Positions 43,182 to 53,754 of a stretch of DNA of 64,000 bases are shown one piece after another. Every line of letters begins with the position of its first letter. The stretch's first letter is position 1. The DNA comes from an uncultured delta proteobacterium (GTDB lineage Bacteria > Desulfobacterota > Binatia > UBA9968), in the NCBI GenBank assembly GCA_963771465.1, contig CAVYTU010000002.1:32001-96000 (forward strand), read 5' to 3'. The translations under genes and the position numbers were made by a program. The notes beneath the pieces are model-generated. The model saw only the letters and a program-made list of their open reading frames with translations, made no database searches and was not told the origin of the DNA.

Positions 43182-45497
43182 TCAATCGCTTATTTCAGCT
43201 CGCGCTACCAATCCGCGCCAGACCTTCTCCGGCGTGAGCGGCAAATCATACAAACGTAGTCCGGTCGCGCGATAGAGCGCATTGCCGATCGCCGCGGCGA
43301 CCGGCAATAACCCGCCCTCGCCCGTACCCTTCGAACCGAACGGGCCGGGACCGTTCTCGCTTTCAACTAAGATCGTTTCGAAATCCTTCGGCAAGTCGTT
43401 GAAACTCGGGATCCGATAATCGACCAGATTGGGATTCAATAGCTGGCCGTCCCGGTAAATCATTTCTTCCATCAAACTGTGACCGATGGCGTTCATGACG
43501 CCACCCTCGTCCTGCCCTTCGCAGAGCACCGGGTGGATCGCTTTGCCGACGTCGGCGAGAGAAACATATTTGAGCAATTTTACTTCGCCGGTGTCCGGGT
43601 CGACCTCGACTTCAGCGCCGCCCCAACTGATCTCCCAAAAATTGGTCGGCGACCCGAGCGCCGCCTTTGCGCTCTTGATCGATTGATAGGCGCCGCGGCC
43701 GATCATCTCGCCGGAGCGCGACAAGAAAACTTTCTGCATCAATTCGGTGAAGGTCAGCGTCTGGTTCTTGGCGCCGACAATCTTACCGTCGCGAAGAGCC
43801 AGTCGTTGCGCTTTGGTTTTGAGAATCTTCGCCGCGTGGCGCAAGATTTGCCGCTTTAAGTCCTGTGACGCGCGCTGCACCGACAAGCCCATCACCACCG
43901 TCGAGCTGCTCGCGTTGGTGTTGACGTCGTAGGGCGTCACGTCCGTATCAAGCTCGGCTACGGTTACGGCATCGAAGGGAATACCGAGTTCCTCGGCGAC
44001 CACTTGGCTGAGCGCCGTGCGCGCCCCTTGGCCGATTTCGACCGTGCCGGTCAATAAAACGACGCTACCGTCGGCGCTCATCTTGACTGCTGCGGATGAC
44101 ACTTTGTAGGTGCCGCCGCCGTCTTTCATGCAAACGGCAAGGCCTTTGCCCAATCGTTTACCTGGGCCAGGCTTGCGGCTTTTTAGTCCCCAACCGATCT
44201 CTTCGGCGGCCTGCAGCAAGCCGGCTTTGAGATCGCAATCCACCGGTGTGTCTCCCGGCGTGTAAAGTTCGCCTTTCTTTAAAAGATTCTTAAGCCGAAA
44301 ATCGAGCGGGTCGAGACCGAGCTTTTCGGCGATAATGTCCATCTGCGACTCGTAGGCCCAGGTAACCTGCAAAGTGCCGAAGCCGCGATAGGCGCCGGCC
44401 GGCACAGTGTTGGTGTAAACCGTATAGGCATCGGTCTTCATATGAGCCAAACGATAGGGCCCAAAGCAGCGATAGCCGGCTTTCTGCGTCACCCGCGGAC
44501 CGGCATCGGCGTAGGCGCCGGTTTCCATGTGAATAACGCACTGGCGCGCCACCAGCTTGCCGTCCTGGTTAACGCCGGTTTTGATCCGCACCCGGGCCGG
44601 ATGGCGGGTGATGGTTTTAAAACTTTCTTCAATCGTATGCGCCAAGCGCACCGGCCGCTTGGCCTTCCAAGACAACACCGCCGCCAGCGGTTCGGTCTTG
44701 ACCGCCAGCTTGCCGCCGTAGCCACCGCCGACATAGGGCACGATGACGCGAATCTTGTTCAGCGGTAGATGAAAAATATCGGCGAGATGTTCGCGCAAGG
44801 TAAACGGCTCCTGCGTGCCGGCCCACAGCGTCAGGCGATCGCCTTCGAAGTGCGCCACCGTGGCGTGCGGTTCCATCGCAAGATGCTGCACCCGCGGAAA
44901 AGTAAATGTGTTCTCGAAAACATGATCGGCCTGTTTGAAGCCGGCTTCGACATCGCCATTGGCGTAACTGAAACGATAACAGAGATTGGTGCCGCTGAAT
45001 TCCTTGGGCGCCTCGTAATGTTGCCCCATGAGCTCGCCGCCGCTGGCCGAGTATTCGTGCACCAGCGGCGCGCCGGGCGCCATCGCCTCATCCAAACTCG
45101 TCACCGACGGCAACTCTTGGTAATCAATTTCGATCATTTCCAACGCTGCGTTCGCCGTCGCTTCATCGACCGCGGCCACCGCCGCCACCGGATCGCCGGC
45201 GTAGCGCGCTTTATCGACGGCGACGATGGTTTGATCCTTATACGCGGCGCCGAACATGCGGATATTTTTCTGATCGTCGCGGGTGATTACCGCATAGACG
45301 CCGGCCAGCTTTTCCGCCTTGCTGCCGTCGACGCGAAGGATGCGCGCATGGGCGTAGGGACTGCGCAATATCTTGCCATGGGCCATGCCCGGCAGTTCGA
45401 CATCGACCGTGTAAAGCGCGTGGCCGGTAACTTTCTCCGCGCCGTCCGAGCGCGCTTCGGCTTTGCCGATAACTTTGTACGTCTGTGCTTTCTTCAT
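43182..45497 (-). CDS. Xanthine dehydrogenase family molybdopterin-binding (large) subunit
   Basis: KVTG, RSPYAHARI, VGGGYGGK, AYRGFG, EIGQG and GSKGTGE. Confidence 0.93.
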   Translation of the reverse strand: MKKAQTYKVIGKAEARSDGAEKVTGHALYTVDVELPGMAHGKILRSPYAHARILRVDGSKAEKLAGVYAVITRDDQKNIRMFGAAYKDQTIVAVDKARYAGDPVAAVAAVDEATANAALEMIEIDYQELPSVTSLDEAMAPGAPLVHEYSASGGELMGQHYEAPKEFSGTNLCYRFSYANGDVEAGFKQADHVFENTFTFPRVQHLAMEPHATVAHFEGDRLTLWAGTQEPFTLREHLADIFHLPLNKIRVIVPYVGGGYGGKLAVKTEPLAAVLSWKAKRPVRLAHTIEESFKTITRHPARVRIKTGVNQDGKLVARQCVIHMETGAYADAGPRVTQKAGYRCFGPYRLAHMKTDAYTVYTNTVPAGAYRGFGTLQVTWAYESQMDIIAEKLGLDPLDFRLKNLLKKGELYTPGDTPVDCDLKAGLLQAAEEIGWGLKSRKPGPGKRLGKGLAVCMKDGGGTYKVSSAAVKMSADGSVVLLTGTVEIGQGARTALSQVVAEELGIPFDAVTVAELDTDVTPYDVNTNASSSTVVMGLSVQRASQDLKRQILRHAAKILKTKAQRLALRDGKIVGAKNQTLTFTELMQKVFLSRSGEMIGRGAYQSIKSAKAALGSPTNFWEISWGGAEVEVDPDTGEVKLLKYVSLADVGKAIHPVLCEGQDEGGVMNAIGHSLMEEMIYRDGQLLNPNLVDYRIPSFNDLPKDFETILVESENGPGPFGSKGTGEGGLLPVAAAIGNALYRATGLRLYDLPLTPEKVWRGLVARAEISD

Positions 45498-45506
45498 CCA
45501 CCAACC

Positions 45507-46829
45507 TCAATGGCTAAATTTGTTCTTCACCCACGCGAGAGCGTCTTCCCGAGTGACTAATTCGCCACCGAGCTGAGCATCTTCCACCTGATGTAAGATT
45601 TGTCCGAACAACGGGCCCGGTTTGAAGCCCATTTCGATCAAGTCGCCGCCGCGCAGCAGCGGCTCAGGGCGAATCTCCTCGTCCTTGAGTTGCGCCAGCC
45701 GCTCGGTGCAAAATCGGTAATACTGTAAATCGCCGTTGGACGACAACGCATCGATGCGCGCCAATTCGAGCAGCTCGTCGATGCCCTCTTCGCGCAAGAA
45801 TCGCTTGAGCGTGCTCAAGCGCATCTGCGGTGCTTGCACCGGGCGCAAGTGATTGTGGACGAGATAAGCGACCCGCTCCCAAACGGCGCGCCCGCGTTTC
45901 AAGCGCTTGAGAATCTCCTCGGCCATCGCCACGCCCTGCTCGGTGTGGCCGTAAAAAGTTATCCGGTTGCCCTCCTGCCGTATACAAACCGGCTTGGCAA
46001 CATCGTGCAACAGACAGCCGTAGGCTAGCGTTTCGGACGGCGCATCCAAGTGGCTAAGCAGCAATAACGTGTGCGCGAAGACATCGCCCTCCGGATGATA
46101 ATCCGGACTCTGCACGGTCGTTTTCATCGCGACGATTTCTGGCAAGAGCGCAGCGAGCAAACCGCTCTCATCCAACAACTCAAAACCGCGCCGGGCGCCG
46201 CCCTCGGTAAGTATTCGCGTCACTTCATCGCCGATACGTTCCCATGAAACCTGCGTAACGGCGGTCGCCGACTGGCGAATCGCTTCGAACGTTGCCGGAT
46301 CAATGGCGAATTTCAGGCCAGCGGCGAATCGCAGCGCGCGAATCATGCGCAGTCGGTCTTCTTCGAAGCGCGCCTGCGGGTTGCCAATGGCGCGGATGAC
46401 GCGCCGCTCGAGGTCGTTTTGGCCATCGACCAAATCGATGACACGATCGTCGATGGGATCGTAAATCATTCCGTTGATGGTAAAGTCGCGACGCCGGACG
46501 TCTTCCTCGAGACTGCCGTAGCGCACATGGCTCGGGTGGCGGCCGTCCAAATACGGCCCGTCGTGACGAAAGCTCGCGACTTCGAAAGGCGTGCCGTCGA
46601 TGAGCACAAGTATCACGCCAAACTGCGCGCCGACGGGGAGGGTATCTGGAAAGATGCGCTGAATGTCTTCAGGTCGCGCGGCGGTGGCGATGTCGTAATC
46701 CTGGGGCTCTTTTTTGAGCAACATATCGCGCACGCAGCCGCCGGCGAGATAAGCCTCATAACCTTCGCGCCGCAGCCGTTTAAGGATAAAGACGGCGCTT
46801 TCACGCGCCGATGAATTTGCTAAAGCCAC
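45507..46829 (-). CDS. cca: CCA tRNA nucleotidyltransferase with HD domain
   Basis: AGGCVRD...DYD, RRRDFTING, EDRLRMIRALRF, HPEGDV and LLHDVAKP. Confidence 0.88.
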   Translation of the reverse strand: MALANSSARESAVFILKRLRREGYEAYLAGGCVRDMLLKKEPQDYDIATAARPEDIQRIFPDTLPVGAQFGVILVLIDGTPFEVASFRHDGPYLDGRHPSHVRYGSLEEDVRRRDFTINGMIYDPIDDRVIDLVDGQNDLERRVIRAIGNPQARFEEDRLRMIRALRFAAGLKFAIDPATFEAIRQSATAVTQVSWERIGDEVTRILTEGGARRGFELLDESGLLAALLPEIVAMKTTVQSPDYHPEGDVFAHTLLLLSHLDAPSETLAYGCLLHDVAKPVCIRQEGNRITFYGHTEQGVAMAEEILKRLKRGRAVWERVAYLVHNHLRPVQAPQMRLSTLKRFLREEGIDELLELARIDALSSNGDLQYYRFCTERLAQLKDEEIRPEPLLRGGDLIEMGFKPGPLFGQILHQVEDAQLGGELVTREDALAWVKNKFSH

Positions 46830-46869
46830 AATCGATGGATACTCGATTGGCAGTCAAAAAGGTAGCGGC

Positions 46870-47256
46870 CTAGAGCGGAAACGTGGTGCTGGTGGAAGGA
46901 ATCATCTCGCGTACTTTTGTTTGCAGCTCTTGAAAAGTAAACGGCTTGACGATGTAGCCGTTACAACCCGCCGCAGTGCAGGCGCTGAGATCGGCATCGC
47001 GAAAAAGCGCGGTGGCGGCGAGGATTGGAGTCGTTTTCATATCGTCATGGGCGCGAATTTGCCGCGCCACTTCCCAGCCGTCCATCTCGGGCATCATGAT
47101 ATCCAAAATGATCAGTTCGGGCTTTTCACTGAGCGCCATTTCCACGCCTTCCTTACCTTGTCTGGCGGTGATGGGCGTGAACCCCATCAGCTCGATCTGC
47201 CAACAGAGCAGCTCGCGCATGTCCGAGTGATCTTCAATGATGAGAATTTTTTTCAT
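46870..47256 (-). CDS. Single-domain response regulator (receiver)
   Basis: ILIIED, LDIMMPEMDG and KPF. Confidence 0.9.
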   Translation of the reverse strand: MKKILIIEDHSDMRELLCWQIELMGFTPITARQGKEGVEMALSEKPELIILDIMMPEMDGWEVARQIRAHDDMKTTPILAATALFRDADLSACTAAGCNGYIVKPFTFQELQTKVREMIPSTSTTFPL

Positions 47257-47470
47257 GGTTGGGGGCTCTGGCCTGTTGCAGAGGGAGTTTAAATCTTTAT
47301 GCCTGCAAGGCAGCCCAACTATGCCGCAGCGTAATTGTCGCTGTCAAGCAAAGTCGCGAAATTATCCTGCGTGTGAATCGCAGTTACAAACTGCGTCGCC
47401 GCGTTGCGCGGTAGGGCTCGATGGATGCGCTGGAATCGCGCCGATTCGAATCGGCAATATTTTCAGGATT

Positions 47471-48794
47471 TTAGTTTGGCGTGATTTTCTTTTGATTGGC
47501 GACGATGACGGTAATGAGCTTGTCAGGCTGCAAGAATTGCTTGGCCACGCGCTGAACATCCTCGCGGCTCACTTTGCGGACCAGCTCGGCATAGCGATCG
47601 GGGAAATCGAGACCGAGGCCGAAATATTCCACCAGCGTCAAAAAACCGGCGACCTTGCGATTGGTGTCGAACCGTAGGGCAAAACTGCCAACCAAGTACT
47701 CTTTGGCATCGTTCAATTCCTGTTCGCTCACCGGTTGCTCGCGAATCTTGCGGATTTCTTCGCGGGCGATGCGAATCGCTTCCTCGGCCGAATCGTTTTT
47801 CGTCTGCATGACGAATTGAAACGAGCCGTGACTTTTATCCGCGCCGAATAAGCTATAGACCGAGTACGCCAAGCCGCGCTCGTTACGGATCGAATCCATG
47901 GCCCGGGACGAAAAACCGCCGCCGCCGAGAATATAGTTCATCACTTGGATCGCATAGTAATCGGCGTGGCCGCGTGGCACGCCGGCGTGGCCAAGTATAA
48001 TATTGGCCTGGGTCAAATCTTTATTGATCCGCAGTGTCTGCACGGCACCGATTTGGCTCGGCGCCGATGGCGCTGCGCCCTCCGCGCCTTTGGTCCAACC
48101 GCGGAAAGCTTTATTGAGCGCCTGGGTAATTTCTGTTTCCGAAACATCGCCGACCACCGCCATGATCGAACGATTGGGCCGGTAGTAGCGCGTGAAGAAG
48201 TCCTTCAAGCTCTGCGCTTGCAAGCTTTTCACCGAAGTTTCGCTGCCTTCCACCGGCCGGCCGTAAGGACTCTGCGGAAACAGTGCTGCAGCGAATGCTC
48301 GGCCGGCAACCGTACCGGGATCTTCTTCCTGGGCTCTGATGCCAGCGATGATCGCTTGTTTTTGCCGGTCAATTTCATCCTGGGGAAACGTCGATGCGGT
48401 GAGAATCTCCGCTAACAATTCCAAACCGACCGCCAAATCCTTTTTGAGAATCGTCAGGCTCACGCTTGCGACATTCTCGCCCGCGCCGGTCGACAACCCT
48501 GCGCCGATGAAATCCAAAGTCTCGCTGATCTGCAAGGCGTTGCGTTTCTTGGTGCCGTAGATCAGCAACTTCGACGTCAAGATTTGCCAGTCCCGCTTGC
48601 TGCGCCGCTTCATGGCGCGAGCCAGCGTCGATCAATAATTCAAGCGCCACCATCGGCAGCGCGCGCTGCTCCGAAGTGAGCAACACCATGCCGTTGTTCA
48701 GCACCGAGCGTTTCGGCACCATGCCGGCGTCGGCGCGTGGTGCTAAGACAGCAAGCGCGAAGATCGCGATCAATCTTAGAAGAATTATTTTCAT
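47471..48794 (-). CDS. M16 (pitrilysin) family peptidase, non-catalytic-type subunit; frameshift near 48590
   Basis: Signal peptide, LNNGM, AGSRHE and ILGGGGFSSR...IRNERGLAYSVYS; no HxxEH. Confidence 0.85.
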
Positions 48795-50116
48795 TGGGCC
48801 TTTTCTTTGGTTGGAATCAGCACGCCAACCGTGCGGTGGTCGCGATCGAGATATTTCTTTGCCACCCGGCGCACGTCCTCCCGCGTGACTTTGCGCATGC
48901 CGGCCAAATAACTTTCCATCTGGCGCCAGCCGCCGGTGATCTCGTAGTAGCCGATCTTCATCGCTTGGCCAAAAATCGAGTCTTGCGCGAACACAAAAGC
49001 CGCTTCGACTTGATTCTTGGCCTTTTGCAATTCTTTTTCGCTGACCAAATCGTTTCTGATTCTTTCCGTTTCGCGATCGATCTCGCGCTCCAAGTCCGCG
49101 GCGCTCTTTCCCGGCAAGAGTTGCGCGCTGATCGAGAATCCCGTCGGATCGATCGACACGGCGCTATAGTCGGCGTCAATGCCGTTGGCCAAGCGCTTCT
49201 TGTAAACCAATTCGTGATGCAAACGCGAGCTGCGCCCGCCGGCGAGTACGACTGAGAGTAGATCCAATGCGAAGCTATCAGGATTTTTCAAATTGGGCGC
49301 GTGATAATACATCATGATGAACGGCAACTCGGCTTCCTTCTTGAGCGTGACACGCCGCTCACCGCGCTGCTCCGGTTCGTTCACGTTGATCTTCGGCGCT
49401 TCGGCGCCGCGCGGGATATTGCCATAGGCCGCTTTGATCCTGGGCAACAGTTCCCCGGTGACAAAATCGCCGGTTACGACGATGAAAGCATTGTTGGGCG
49501 CGTAGTACAGTTTATAGAAGTCGACCAGATCCTGGCGCGTGAGATTTTGAATATCTTCCATCCAGCCGACCACCGGCCGGCGGTAAGGATGGACCGTGTA
49601 CGCCACCGCGCTCGCTACTTCGCCGAGCGCTGCCGCGGGATTGTCGTCGGTACGCAGCCGCCGCTCTTCCTGAATGACTTTTTTCTCCGGCTCGAAATAA
49701 GTTTCGCCCAACAACGCGTTGGCCATCCGGTCCGCTTCCAGTTCGAGCTGGATATGAATCTTCTCCCGGCTCATGGTGGCGAAATAAACCGTCATATCGG
49801 TGGAGGTAAATGCGTTGGAGCGGCCGCCATTTTTGGCGATGATGCGCGAATATTCCTCAGGCCCGGTGGTCGGCGTGCCCTTGAACAAAAAATGTTCGAG
49901 AAAATGCGCCAGGCCACTCTTGCCGTCTTTTTCGTTGCGCGAGCCGACCCGATACCAAACTTGGAACGTCACCGACGGACTTTTGTGATCCTCGAGCAAC
50001 AGCACTTTGAGGCCGTTGTCGAGGACAAATTCTTGAACCGCTTCGGCCTGAGCCGCGCTGACCGTGATCAATAAACTGAGCAGCCACGCGAGGTGAAAGA
50101 TCGATCGCTTTATCAT
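48791..50116 (-). CDS. M16 (pitrilysin) family zinc peptidase, catalytic subunit
   Basis: WYRVGSRNE, GLAHFLEH, NAFTS, ELEADRM and YYAPNNA. Confidence 0.93.
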   Translation of the reverse strand: MIKRSIFHLAWLLSLLITVSAAQAEAVQEFVLDNGLKVLLLEDHKSPSVTFQVWYRVGSRNEKDGKSGLAHFLEHFLFKGTPTTGPEEYSRIIAKNGGRSNAFTSTDMTVYFATMSREKIHIQLELEADRMANALLGETYFEPEKKVIQEERRLRTDDNPAAALGEVASAVAYTVHPYRRPVVGWMEDIQNLTRQDLVDFYKLYYAPNNAFIVVTGDFVTGELLPRIKAAYGNIPRGAEAPKINVNEPEQRGERRVTLKKEAELPFIMMYYHAPNLKNPDSFALDLLSVVLAGGRSSRLHHELVYKKRLANGIDADYSAVSIDPTGFSISAQLLPGKSAADLEREIDRETERIRNDLVSEKELQKAKNQVEAAFVFAQDSIFGQAMKIGYYEITGGWRQMESYLAGMRKVTREDVRRVAKKYLDRDHRTVGVLIPTKEKAQ

Positions 50117-50164
50117 TATGTTTAGAAACTAAAGGATGGCGGGCCAAAGTCAAGTTCGGCGGCG

Positions 50165-51418
50165 TCAAGTCGCGTTCGGCGTCGGACGCCGAGCCAAGAA
50201 AACCAGCAACGCCGAACAAAGATAAGATCCTGTGAAGCAGAAAAAAATCAGCCGATAATTGCCGTAGTAATCGAACGCCGCGCCGGCGAGCAGCGCGCCG
50301 ACTCCGAGGCCACCTTTGTGGAACGGGTCGAGAACGCTACTGATGGCGCCGAACGCACGCCTGCCGTAATATCGCGCGATGAGAATTTGTCCGAGCACCG
50401 CCGCGCCGCGCGCATTGGTGCCGAAAAGAATCGCAAAAATGAAAGCGGCGGCAGGTCCATCGACTTGCGTGAGAAAGGCCACCGTCGTGGCGGCGACCAC
50501 CATGGTCATGACGTTCAAGCCGCGCGCGCTAACTCGTTCCGCCAACGCGCCCCACATGCCGCTACCGAGCGCGCCGCAGAGCGCCATCGTGCTCACTGCG
50601 CCAGCAGCGATGGGCGCGGGAATATTCACGTCGGTAAAATAAGCCGCGGTGTGAAACGCGGTGCCGCCGGTGCCGACAGAGGCGAGGAATGAACTCGCCA
50701 CCAACAACCAAAGCGTACCCGTGCGCAACGCATCGGCGCGCTCCCAACTCGTCTCCGAGCTGGCAATCGCCGAATGGTGCTCGGATACATCGAGCTGGCG
50801 ATCGCTCGGAGCCATGCCGTCTGGAAACAATCCGAGATCCTCGGGCTGCCGGCGTAAAAATATCAAGCCGGGAATGACGACCATCAACCAAAGCGCTATG
50901 CCAAGGGCGAGAAACGCGCTGCGCCAGCCGTAATGCGTCACAAAAAATTGATAAATTAATGACAAGCCCGCCGATCCCAGCGGCGTCGCCATCGCGACTA
51001 ACCCCATGGCCCGTGGCCGCTTGAGATGAAACCAATTGGCCACCGCGGTAAAAGCGATCATGCCGCAAAGCAGAAACTCGGTGAGCGCCCGCGCCGGAAT
51101 AAACGTCGCATAAAATTGCCACGGCTCGGTGCTGGCGCTCACGCCAAAGGCGAGCAATCCCACCAACGCGCCGCCCAGCGGCAACAGCACCCGTGGCCCA
51201 AAACGATCAGCCAGCGGTCCAAACAACGGCGAAAGCAAACCGCCAGATAGCGAGCCGACGGTAATCGCCGCCGCCATCAGTGTTCTACTCCAGCCAAGAT
51301 CCTCGCTGATCGGTTTGAGCACCACGGCCATCGTGATGTTGCTCACCCCCGCCGCGAGCACGCCGGCAATCATCACGATTGCGACGATCACCCAGCCGTA
51401 AAAAAAGGGCAGCTGCAC
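50165..51418 (-). CDS. Major facilitator superfamily transporter
   Basis: FFYGWVIV, GPLADRFGPR and about 12 hydrophobic segments. Confidence 0.9.
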   Translation of the reverse strand: MQLPFFYGWVIVAIVMIAGVLAAGVSNITMAVVLKPISEDLGWSRTLMAAAITVGSLSGGLLSPLFGPLADRFGPRVLLPLGGALVGLLAFGVSASTEPWQFYATFIPARALTEFLLCGMIAFTAVANWFHLKRPRAMGLVAMATPLGSAGLSLIYQFFVTHYGWRSAFLALGIALWLMVVIPGLIFLRRQPEDLGLFPDGMAPSDRQLDVSEHHSAIASSETSWERADALRTGTLWLLVASSFLASVGTGGTAFHTAAYFTDVNIPAPIAAGAVSTMALCGALGSGMWGALAERVSARGLNVMTMVVAATTVAFLTQVDGPAAAFIFAILFGTNARGAAVLGQILIARYYGRRAFGAISSVLDPFHKGGLGVGALLAGAAFDYYGNYRLIFFCFTGSYLCSALLVFLARRPTPNAT

Positions 51419-51500
51419 GAACCAGTCTTACTACACTTTAAGAAGGAATTTCACCGATAACGCTCAGCAGTTTGTCATCGACACGTCGCGCGACCGAGGA

Positions 51501-51529
51501 TTGACTCGCCTTTCCCTGCACCGTACTAT
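51501..51529 (+). promoter_or_regulatory. Sigma-70 promoter for the UbiD-family gene
   Basis: TTGACT-N17-TACTAT, followed by an AGGAGG RBS at 51542. Confidence 0.6.
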
Positions 51530-51549
51530 GACCAACAATTTAGGAGGAC

Positions 51550-52983
51550 ATGATGGCTGATGTTACTGACATGCGGGGTTACATCGAGTTACTGAAGGAA
51601 ATGGGCGAGCTGCGCGAATTGGACGGGGTGGATTTGAACTTGGAAGTCGGGGCGTTGACCGAGCGCGCGGCGGAAAAAGAAGGCGACGCGCTGCTGTTCA
51701 ACAATTTTAAAAACTATCCGTCGGGTTTTCGCGTGATCACCAACGTCTTTCGCACCTGCAAACGTACCGGTCCGGCGATGGGCATCGCGGCGCAGAACGG
51801 CATCGACTTTCTCCACGAATGGCGCAAGAAACTCGCGGCCTACAAACCCGTGCCGGTGCAGCAAGTCGAAGGCGGCCCGGTGATGGAAAATCAAATGGCC
51901 GACGATCAAGTCGACTTGTATAAATTCCCCACGCCCAAATGGCACGATCTCGACGGCGGGCCGTTCATCGGCACCGGCTGCGGCGTCATCACCAAAGACC
52001 TAGACTCGGGCAAGATCAACGTCGGCACCTATCGCGTCATGGTGCAGGACAAAAATCATGTCTCGGTGAAAATGAACATGGGCAAACATGGCCGGCTCTC
52101 CTTCGAACGGGCGCGCGACGCGGGTAAGCCGCTGCCCATCGCCATCACGCTCGGCCAAGGCCCGGCGGTTTTTCTCGCCGCGCAGATGCCGCTGCCGCCG
52201 GACGTCAACGAATTTGAATTTGCCGGCTACTTGCAGGGCGCGCCGGTGGCCGTCGCTCGCGGCGCCGTGACCGGCCTGCCGATTCCGGCCAATGCTGAAA
52301 TCGTCCTGGAAGGCGAACTACCGCCGATGAAAGATGAAGACATGCCGAAGGAAGGACCGTTCGGCGAGTGGCCTGGATACTTCACCGATGTTAACGTTTG
52401 CGAGACGCCGGTGATGACGGTCAAGCGTGTCTACTACCGAAACAATCCGATTCTACTCGGCGCGCCGCCGCTCAAACCGCCGGCGAGCTATCTGCCCATG
52501 CCGCTCGGCGCGGCGACGCTTTGGGAGCAACTTGAGAAAGCCGGCATTCCCGAAGTGAAAGGCGTTTGGGGTTTCGTCTACGGCGGACAGCCGGGGCCTT
52601 TCACCGTTGTTGCCATCAAGCAACGTTACGCTGGGCATGCCAAGCAGGCTTTACTGGTTGCGGCCGGCGCCCGCGCCGGCGCCTATGGCGGAAAATTCGT
52701 CGTCGTGGTCGACGACGACATCGATATCACCAATCCTGGAGAAGTGATCTGGGCCATCGCCACCCGCTGTTACGTGCGCGGCGGCATCGACGTTATCAAA
52801 GACGTCTGGGCCTCGGTTTGCGAGCCGGCAATGCCGCCGGAAGAACGCTCGCCGCGCGGCTACACCTCCGACCGTGTTTTAATTGACGCCTGCCGGCCCT
52901 ACAAATGGATGGATCAGTTTCCGGCGGTCAACGCTTTCGAAAAGGAATACAAAGATAAGATCGAAAGTAAGTTCAAATTATAG
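51550..52983 (+). CDS. UbiD family prFMN-dependent (de)carboxylase
   Basis: DGGPFIGT, NVGTYR, EIVLEG, EGPFGEWPGY and VVVDDDID. Confidence 0.93.
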   Translation: MMADVTDMRGYIELLKEMGELRELDGVDLNLEVGALTERAAEKEGDALLFNNFKNYPSGFRVITNVFRTCKRTGPAMGIAAQNGIDFLHEWRKKLAAYKPVPVQQVEGGPVMENQMADDQVDLYKFPTPKWHDLDGGPFIGTGCGVITKDLDSGKINVGTYRVMVQDKNHVSVKMNMGKHGRLSFERARDAGKPLPIAITLGQGPAVFLAAQMPLPPDVNEFEFAGYLQGAPVAVARGAVTGLPIPANAEIVLEGELPPMKDEDMPKEGPFGEWPGYFTDVNVCETPVMTVKRVYYRNNPILLGAPPLKPPASYLPMPLGAATLWEQLEKAGIPEVKGVWGFVYGGQPGPFTVVAIKQRYAGHAKQALLVAAGARAGAYGGKFVVVVDDDIDITNPGEVIWAIATRCYVRGGIDVIKDVWASVCEPAMPPEERSPRGYTSDRVLIDACRPYKWMDQFPAVNAFEKEYKDKIESKFKL

Positions 52984-53084
52984 CCGAATTGTCCAAACTC
53001 AAAGCGCGTCGCAATATTTTGCCGACGGCAGCGTCAAACTGGTTGAAATTCGAACGCATGGCGGCCTAAAAAAGGAGTCGTCCT

Positions 53085-53738
53085 ATGGGAACAATTGAAG
53101 CGTTGAGTTTGGCCATGGGCACAGCTTGGACATCAGGTATCAACCTGTATGCCACAGTGGCGGCGTTGGGCATCGCCAGGCAGATGGAACTGATTCAGCT
53201 GCCGCAGAATCTTGAAGTGCTCGGCCATCCGTTGGTGATCGCCATCGCCAGCATCATGTATTTCATCGAATTTTTTGCCGACAAAGTGCCCTACGTCGAC
53301 AGCGGCTGGGATGCGATTCATACTTTTATCAGAGTGCCCGCGGGTGCCATCCTGGCGGCGCGCGCACTCGGCGATATGAACCCGGCGTTGGAACTAGCCG
53401 CCATGCTCGCCGGCGGCTCCATCGCCTTGGCCGCCCATGGCACCAAAGCGACCGCACGGTTGGCGATCAACGCCAGCCCGGAACCGTTTAGCAACTGGGC
53501 TGCCAGCGTCACCGAGGACGTTGCCGTCCTCGGCGGCATCTGGATGATATTTAACCATCCTTTGATCATGCTGATTCTAGTCATCGCCTTCATGGCTCTC
53601 GGCATCTGGATCGTGCCAAAAATCTTTCGCGTGGCCAAGCGTGGCTTCACCGCGCTGCGCAATAAGATGCGCGGCAGCAAGCCGGATCAAGCTGCGCCTT
53701 CTGCCGGCGCCCAGCCACCGGCTGCGGTGAATCCCTAG
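53085..53738 (+). CDS. DUF4126 family membrane protein
   Basis: SGINLYA, EFFADKVPYVDSGWD.IHTFIR and SPEPFSNW..S..ED. Confidence 0.85.
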   Translation: MGTIEALSLAMGTAWTSGINLYATVAALGIARQMELIQLPQNLEVLGHPLVIAIASIMYFIEFFADKVPYVDSGWDAIHTFIRVPAGAILAARALGDMNPALELAAMLAGGSIALAAHGTKATARLAINASPEPFSNWAASVTEDVAVLGGIWMIFNHPLIMLILVIAFMALGIWIVPKIFRVAKRGFTALRNKMRGSKPDQAAPSAGAQPPAAVNP

Positions 53739-53754
53739 TGAACAAGCAAACCAC

